Shown here in pieces: positions 35,855 to 42,734 of a stretch of 42,734 nucleotides of DNA. Source of the stretch: Octopus bimaculoides (Eukaryota); assembly GCF_001194135.2 (NCBI RefSeq), contig NC_068992.1, positions 60,188,905 through 60,231,638 of the forward strand, read 5' to 3'. The translations under genes were made by a program, and so were the position numbers. Numbering within the stretch: position 1 is the first letter of the stretch; each line of letters opens with the position of its first letter. Below the pieces are notes generated by a model. That model saw nothing but the letters and a program-made list of their open reading frames with translations. It did no database searches and was not told where the DNA came from.

Positions 35855-36524
35855 AAGATAAAGAAAGTGATAGTGGTGGGGAAGAAAGTGATAGAAGGTG
35901 GAAGAGAATGAAGAAGAGAAGGAGAGAAAGGCAAAATGATGAACGCGAAGACAGGAAGGTAGGAAAATTTGTAAAAAAAAAAAGAAAGAAGAAAAATAAT
36001 GAATGAATGAAAAAAAAAATTATGCAAACCCGCCAAAACAAAACCGGAATTCGATCTCAGAACAGCAAGGGTTTTTTCTTGTTTTCCTTCTTTGTTAAAT
36101 TTCAATGTGATTATTTTGGTAAGTAATTCGGTGAATTTTGTAAATTTCGGTAAATTATTTTTTTCTTCAATTCCTTCTATCAAGTTTTTTTTTTCTGCTT
36201 CGTTCCTCACTTATTCATAAGAAACTTTGTAAATAATAAATAAATCCTGGAGTTGTAAACTGACGAAGGTATAATCCGGTAAGTTCATATANNNNNNNNN
36301 NNNNNNNNNNNNNNNNNNNNNNNNNNNNNNNNNNNNNNNNNNNNNNNNNNNNNNNNNNNNNNNNNNNNNNNNNNNNNNNNNNNNNNNNNNNNNNNNNNNN
36401 NNNNNNNNNNNNNNNNNNNNNNNNNNNNNNNNNNNNNNNNNNNNNNNNNNNNNNNNNNNNNNNNNNNNNNNNNNNNNNNNNNNNNNNNNNNNNNNNNNNN
36501 NNNNNNNNNNNNNNNNNNNNNNNN

Positions 36525-36583
<59 letters not shown>

Positions 36584-37196
36584 CAAAAATATTTATAAAA
36601 GCAGGCACACTTTCTAGTTGGTTGGTTAGTTGGCTAGCTGGTTTGTTGGTTGGCTGGTTGATTGCACTGGTGAGCACGGGTACTGTTTGGTGCTATGTAA
36701 GAAAAAAAAAGTCCTTTCGGAAATTATCGCTACAATCTCCACGCAATGTCTCTTAGAATAACAAAAGAATCACTCTCACACACGTAGAAAAAGAAAGAGA
36801 GGGGAAGGAAGAGTGATAGAGACACAGAGAGAGGGGGGAGAAAGAGAGAGAGAGAGAGACACGTAAAGCGAGAAAGGGTAAGGGGAGGAGGGAATTGTCT
36901 AAGAGAAGAAGGCTGACAAGATTTAAAACGCAACCAGCACAGCAATTACGTCACAGATGCTTAGTGAGTTTCTGTGAGAGAAAGAAAGAGAATGTGTGAA
37001 AGAGAAAATGAGAGAGAGAGAGAGAGATGGAGGGAGAGAGAGAGAAATAGATATTGAAAGAGATACATAGAGAGGCAGGCAGACAGATTAAGAGATGAAT
37101 AAGAGAGAGAGAGAGAGAGAGGGGGGTAAGAGAAAGAGAGAGAGATGGAGAACAATTGTGTCAGAGAGGGAGAGAGAGTGTGTGTGTGGTGTGCGC

Positions 37197-37233
<37 letters not shown>

Positions 37234-37296
37234 GCATTCAGAGAATTTGAGAGAGAGAACGAGAGGGATAGCCAGACATTGAAATAGATAGAATAG

Positions 37297-37364
<68 letters not shown>

Positions 37365-37494
37365 GGAAGAATAATGGTCGCAGAATTACTAAGAAATTGA
37401 TGCTGTGAAAAAAAAGAAGGAAAAAATAAATAAAAGAAATAAACACGCTTGTTTTGAACGAACGCAACAGCTGAAAGTGGTAAAGAATCGGAAT

Positions 37495-39177
37495 CATAAC
37501 TATTTTCGATGCAGGAACAATGCCAGCAATTTTAAAGGGAGGGAGATTAATCGGTTCCATCGACTCCGAGGGTAGAGGATGTAAAGTAAATTTGACCTCG
37601 GTGGAATTTGAACTCTGAAGGTAAAGACCCAGAGCAAAGACTGCTAAGCAATTTTTTCGGTGCTCTAACGATTCTGCTAATCCAATAACCCTTGTATAAT
37701 TTTCATTAGGACACAAGGCCAGTAAGTTGAGGGCATGGATCATCAGTCGATTTGATTAGCTCATTATTTTATCAGCATCGAAAGGATGAAAATCAATGAT
37801 TTCTTGTATAGGAAGAAGGCCAAAAATTTATAGTTATTTTGAGCTTGTAATATGGCTGTTACATTAACGGACGCCGAAATAATCGTCTCAAGTTTTGGCA
37901 CAAGTCCAGTAATTTTAAGGGAAGGGATAGTCAATTACATCGACCCCACTGCTCCAGTGGTACTTCTTTTGATCACCCTCGAAAGACCTCGGCACAGCTT
38001 GGACCCAGGGCAAAATACCGCTAAACATTTTGCTCGACTCGCAAATAATTCTACAAATCGCCGCCGCATGACGTCGAAATAATCGTTTTTACAATGAACA
38101 GAAGGTCTAAAATTTGAAGGGAGAGGAGCAATCGATTACAGAGTTTGAAATCAGAACGTAAACGACGCTAAAATAAAGCAAGACATTGATATAGGTTCAT
38201 GACCAGAAAATCTGGGGACGGCTTGTCACGTTAATTCCTTTTATTGACCACGGCAGAATGAAAGGCGAAGTCTAATTCGGAGTGATATGGATCTAGAAGG
38301 TGAAGGGGTGCAATCAAATACCACAAAGAATTCCGACTGATGCTCTAACGATTCTGTCAGTCACCCAAATAATAATCATACTGGCTTTTGACAGTAGAAC
38401 AGGGCCTGATACTTGGGGAAAGGCGTGAGCATTTGGCTGGTACTTAATTCTATCGACTTCCGAAGGATGAAAGGTAAATTTGGTCTCGGTGGGATTTGAA
38501 CTCAGAAAGTAAGAATCCAGAAAGAAATTCGCGAAGGATTTTTCCAGACGCTCAAACGATTCTGTGAGCTCACCACCCTCTCTAAATATAGTTAAAAATG
38601 ATGGTTTCTGATTTAGGTACAAAACCGATAATTATAAGTAGGGTGATAGATTAATAGATATGATTGACCTAGTAATTGATTAGTAGTTAGTGATAGATTA
38701 ATAGATATGATTGACCTAGTAATTGATTGGTAGTTGGTGATAGATTAATAGATATGATTGACCTAGTAATTGATTGGTAGTTGATTTCATTGATACCGGA
38801 AATGATGATAAAAAGCAAAGATGATCTAAGCGGGATTAGAACACAGAACGTAAAGAGCCGAAACGAATGCCGCATCTGGTTTTCTCCGACTCTCTGACGA
38901 CTCTGCCAATTCATCACCTTTATAATGGTTTCTATTGTAGGAACAAAATCAGCAGTTTTGAGGAGAAAGGATTAATCGATTCCACCAAACTTTGTATCTG
39001 ATTGGTCTTTTATTTCATTCACCCTAAAAGAAGGATAGTTAAGGTTGACCTTAAAAGGATATGACCCCAGAAACTAAAATAGCAAACCAAATGCAAAATA
39101 TATTTTCTGATGCTCTAACGATTCTGCCAATCCATTAACCCACCGTTACTGCTCCCTCCTCCACTTCCTCCTCCTCT

Positions 39178-39208
<31 letters not shown>

Positions 39209-39390
39209 GCAAATTATAAAAATGATAACAATAACGATTTCTGATGTAGGCACAAAACCAGCAATTTAAGGTAAGGGGCTAGCCGATACCGTCAAGCTGA
39301 GTATACCGCGGTACTTTATTTGATTGACTCCAGGTGAGAGGCAAGTAGACCTCGCTGGAATGTATATTCAGAAACTAAGGGAGAGTGAAA
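37495..39390 (-). mobile_element. Co-oriented array of ~9 diverged or partial family B SINEs
   Basis: The head marker TAACGATTCTG or a variant recurs at ~37666, 38346, 38554, 38895 and 39116. GAAAGGATGAAA and ATCGAC motifs recur. All copies are on the minus strand. Confidence 0.8.
38643..38783. repeat. 47-bp tandem repeat x3 inside a family B SINE
   Basis: GTGATAGATTAATAGATATGATTGACCTAGTAATTGATTRGTAGTTR at 38643, 38690 and 38737. Confidence 0.95.
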
Positions 39391-39518
39391 GAGAGAGCGA
39401 GGAGAAACAGTCAACCAAAATGATGATAGTGTCTTGTTACTGCGTTGTGCATTTTTCAGTAAGCGATAATGGGAAAAGTGTTGTATCTACGAAAATCTGT
39501 ATGCTTGTGTTGAATATA

Positions 39519-40408
39519 CGTGGTCTGATCAATTAGTATCCGAACTGTTGTCATAGTAACGAAGCTAAAGCATGCAGAGTAAAGCCGTTTGGTACAGATT
39601 GACCTTGAACTTCACTGTGTTTGTACACTAAGTTTTAACGTTGTAGCTCACTTCTGCTGTTTACAGCAGTGCTTGAAAAAAGGTGTGTAGCTTGTGATCC
39701 TCACATTAACCACGACAGAGTAAGTTGTGCCGAGAATCTGCATCAAATTTTGCCAAAAGCTTTGCGATACCTGCTCAAGAGGCCTACACAAAGTTTCCAA
39801 AAAGTTTTCATCGTTCGTGACACAATCAAGAACTTGTGCAACTGAAATACGAGTGTGATTTTGGTCAGCTAAAAGCAGTTTTGGCACAAACTTGGCAGAC
39901 ACACGTCTCATACCCAAATCCTTAGTGATAAGGGACTGAACTGAACCGTAAGTAATCTGCACATCCTATAATAACTCACGGATGGTGATTCGACGATTTC
40001 CCCTCACAGCTGCTCGCATATCTCCGATGTTTTTCGCAATACTGATGTTTGCGGTCCCCAACAACGTTCGTCAATATCGAGACTTTTTCGGCAATTTTGG
40101 AAATGTCTGAACCACTCGTACACTTATGTGCGGCTCGGCTCATACACTCCTCTCCATACACTTTCTGCAACTTTTCGCAAGCCTCTGAGTAGGTAATGCC
40201 ATAATATTCTCTGTCATGATCAATGCGATGATCACAACTACATACGTTCTTTGAAGCACTGCTGTAAACAGTGGAAGTGAGCAAGAACGTTAAAACTTGG
40301 TGCGCATGCACAGCAGAGTTCAAGGTCGGTCTTTGCCAAGCGGCTTTACTCTGCGTGCTTTAGCTTCATTACTATGGCAACAGTCGGATACTTATTGATC
40401 AGACACCG
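39519..40408. mobile_element. Fold-back mariner derivative (two 5' ends fused tail-to-tail), TA TSD
   Basis: ~200-bp inverted arms (39519-39720 and 40209-40408), with TA on both flanks. The + arm encodes RICIKFCQK. The minus arm encodes SEACEKLQKVYGEECMSR...QITYGSVQSLITKDLGMRRVSAKFVPKLL...DENFL. Junction at ~39790-39796. Confidence 0.9.
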
Positions 40409-40706
40409 TATATTCGCTTGAATAATTCTATTAATATAACTATCAACCTCTGGTTTTCCATTTAGTTTTGCTTAATGTTTGTCGTAAATGCATGGTCAAC
40501 TGTCGTGTGTGACACTTCGTTGGCAGATGTAACAGTTTGGGTCGTGATGTTTACAATTTCCATGTTGACATAAAATCTTCATCCAATACATTGCTTGTCG
40601 GGCTTACGCTATATGAATAACATTTTGGGTTTGGATGCTAATGATAAAACTTTTCAATTTGGTGTTTTCTCTCATATACTCTAACTGTTTATTTCCTGTT
40701 TGTGAA

Positions 40707-40952
40707 GGCGCATGGCTCAGTGGTGAGAGCGTCGAGCTTACGCTCGTGAGGTTGTGATTTTGATTCCCGGACCGAGCTGCGTGTTGTGTTCTTCAGCAAG
40801 ACACTTTATTTCATGTTGCCCCAGTTCATTCAGCTGTAAAAATGAGTTGTGACGTCACTGGCGCCAAGCTATATCGGCTTTTGTCTTTCCCTTGGATAAC
40901 ACTGGTGGCGTGGAGAGGGGAGGCCGGTATGTAAGGGCGACTCAACACATTT
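40707..40952 (+). mobile_element. tRNA-derived CORE-like SINE, family A
   Basis: A-box TGGCTCAGTGG at 40713-23, degenerate B-box, and TTCTTCAGCAAGACACTT...CAGCTGTAAAAATGAG (CORE-like). 3'-truncated. Confidence 0.88.
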
Positions 40953-41476
40953 GGTAGGAGTTATACTATTAGAAAAAACAACCAGTTTGATTCGGCCCCA
41001 TGCAACCCGACACGACGACCTATCTCGTCAGGCGACAGCGACCGAATGCAAAGGTGCAGGAAGTGTAAAATGATTACTGGAAATTGGGCTGCTATCGGTC
41101 AAGGCCGGACACAAGGTGTGTCCTTGTGGCCAGCCTACAAAACTTTANNNNNNNNNNNNNNNNNNNNNNNNNNNNNNNNNNNNNNNNNNNNNNNNNNNNN
41201 NNNNNNNNNNNNNNNNNNNNNNNNNNNNNNNNNNNNNNNNNNNNNNNNNNNNNNNNNNNNNNNNNNNNNNNNNNNNNNNNNNNNNNNNNNNNNNNNNNNN
41301 NNNNNNNNNNNNNNNNNNNNNNNNNNNNNNNNNNNNNNNNNNNNNNNNNNNNNNNNNNNNNNNNNNNNNNNNNNNNNNNNNNNNNNNNNNNNNNNNNNNN
41401 NNNNNNNNNNNNNNNNNNNNNNNNNNNNNNNNNNNNNNNNNNNNNNNNNNNNNNNNNNNNNNNNNNNNNNNNNNNN

Positions 41477-41705
41477 ATGCCAGCTTCCCCTCTCCACGGC
41501 ACCAGTGTTATCCAAGGGAAAGGCAAAGGGGCCGATACAGCTTGGCATTTGTGACGTCGCAACTCATTTCTACAGCTGAGTGATCTGGAGCAACGTGAAA
41601 TAAAGTGTCTTGCTGCTCAAGAACGCAACACGCAGCCCAGTCTGGGATTCGAACTCACAACCTCACGATCGTTAGCTCGACGCTCTAACCACTGAGCCAT
41701 GCACC
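41477..41705 (-). mobile_element. tRNA-derived CORE-like SINE, family A
   Basis: Intact B-box GAGTTCGAATCCC (reverse complement of 41644-56) and A-box (reverse complement of 41689-99). Inverted relative to 40707-40952. Confidence 0.9.
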
Positions 41706-41733
41706 TTCACACACACACACTCACACTCACTCA

Positions 41734-41769
<36 letters not shown>

Positions 41770-42026
41770 TATATGTACGTATGTATGCGTGTATTTATGT
41801 ATGTATGTTTGTATGTATTTATGTATATATGTATGTGTTTGCATGCGAGCTGTATGGTCAATGTTTATGACTTTCGTCTGGGTTCCTAACTACTGCATAA
41901 CATCTTGGACAAATATTCTCTATAGTCTCAAGTCGACCCCTACTTTGTGAGTAAAAGGGGGTATGAGAAGTGTATACAAGCTTGTCGAGTGGATTGCATA
42001 TATATATGTGTGTGTGTGTATGCATA

Positions 42027-42230
42027 CCTTCGAAACGTCTAGTTAGAATAGAGGCAGCTGACGAAGGATTAATTCCAAGTGGCTATCTGTTTTCCTATGT
42101 GTTCGTTCTGTGGTCTGTAGTTCATTGTTTTAACGTCCTGTACCCTGATATGCATCTATATACACATGTAGATGTAAGTATGTACATATATGTGTGTATA
42201 CATGCATATATATTCTTTGTATTATTACAT
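42027..42230 (+). mobile_element. Repeat family H2 (hammerhead-like core in permuted order)
   Basis: CCTTC-GAAA (42032-35)-CGTC, 18 nt, CTGACGA (42058-64)-AGG. Homologous to the reverse complement of 14374-14576. Confidence 0.7.
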
Positions 42231-42273
42231 ATATATGTACATGTATACATAGATGAGTGAGTGTGTGTGTGTA

Positions 42274-42330
<57 letters not shown>

Positions 42331-42671
42331 AGACACCCATTGCTCCAGCGTTGGTTATACTCTAAGTTAACTGAACTTAAATATTTATCTAATTATTCTG
42401 TCACGAGTTGATCGGTGGTCTGTGCCAAGTATGCAGAATTTTTTTTTCCTCACCCCCGCCAACAAATAATAAAAAGACTAAGCTTCACTTATCTGCCTCT
42501 TTCACTTATCAATAAGCTCAAACAGGCGTGCGTTAAAACTGGTCCTACCTCACATTGCATACCTCATCCTGCAACTCACTCACACTTGTCGCACGACACT
42601 TGCAACTAGAAACTGCATATCTCCTCCTACTCCTGCGCCTGCTGCTTCTTTTCTTTACTATCTCCTACCCC

Positions 42672-42734
42672 TTCTTCTTCTTCTTCTTCTTCTTCTTCTT
42701 CTTCTTCTTCTTCTTCTTCTTCTTCTTCTTCTTC
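42672..42734. repeat. (TTC)n microsatellite
   Basis: Read directly from the sequence. Confidence 0.95.

Larger units (their letters stand above)
245..41476. other. About 18 assembly gaps (N runs), almost all bordered by (CA), (TA) or (GA) tracts; many additional unlisted microsatellites
   Basis: Examples: 245-704, 6071-6206, 7671-7851, 19073-19579, 22020-22242, 30608-30892, 36292-36524, 41148-41476. Confidence 0.95.

Noticed and set aside
36260-36290. CTGACGAAGGTATAATCCGGTAAG as a hammerhead
   Set aside because: There is no GAAA and no stem I, and the sequence is cut by a gap.
38643-38783. 47-bp x3 repeat (and the 15-bp motif array at 17416-17827) as a CRISPR array
   Set aside because: There are no unique spacers or the spacing is irregular, no cas genes, and the context is eukaryotic.
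39648-40323. ORFs 39648-39962 and 39976-40323 as independent genes
   Set aside because: They are frameshifted pieces of the mariner N-terminus inside the fold-back element.
4290-41705. tRNA-like A/B boxes (e.g. ~4300-4358, 19790-19860, 40707-40770, 41640-41705)
   Set aside because: They continue directly into shared SINE bodies, and I saw no complete cloverleaf with an acceptor stem, so they are SINE heads rather than tRNA genes.
29-42340. Numerous ORFs rich in CV, HT, YI, RE, LS, poly-S/L/F/I/N or X
   Set aside because: They are translations of di-, tri- and tetranucleotide microsatellites or N gaps; many use GTG/TTG starts and occur in several frames at once.

Overview
Eukaryotic, AT-rich, repeat-saturated draft-assembly window with about 18 N-gaps, nearly all flanked by microsatellites. 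The SINE families resemble ones I recall from Octopus genomes; this is inference from memory, not a database result. I could not identify any host protein-coding exon, and almost all supplied ORFs are translations of microsatellites or gaps. Supported content: (1) four decayed Tc1/mariner-superfamily DNA transposons, namely a Tc1 with 22-bp TIRs and a nested SINE (4412-5407), a mariner (~9860-10639), a pogo/Tigger-like remnant (~23580-24900) and a fold-back mariner built from two 5' ends (39519-40408); (2) dozens of tRNA-derived SINE copies, including a co-oriented array (~37.5-39.4 kb) and inverted pairs; (3) several fold-back or inverted-repeat elements; and (4) the most interesting signal, a set of hammerhead-ribozyme-like motifs (CTGANGA...GAAA plus a palindromic stem III and a GUH site) in several unrelated sequence contexts, with no RT or GIY-YIG ORF recognised. 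They are densest at 7.2-9.4 kb and often lie inside inverted repeats. This points to small non-autonomous Penelope-derived or retrozyme-like elements, one family carrying a shared A6U core variant. All folds were derived by eye; no ribozyme activity has been shown.
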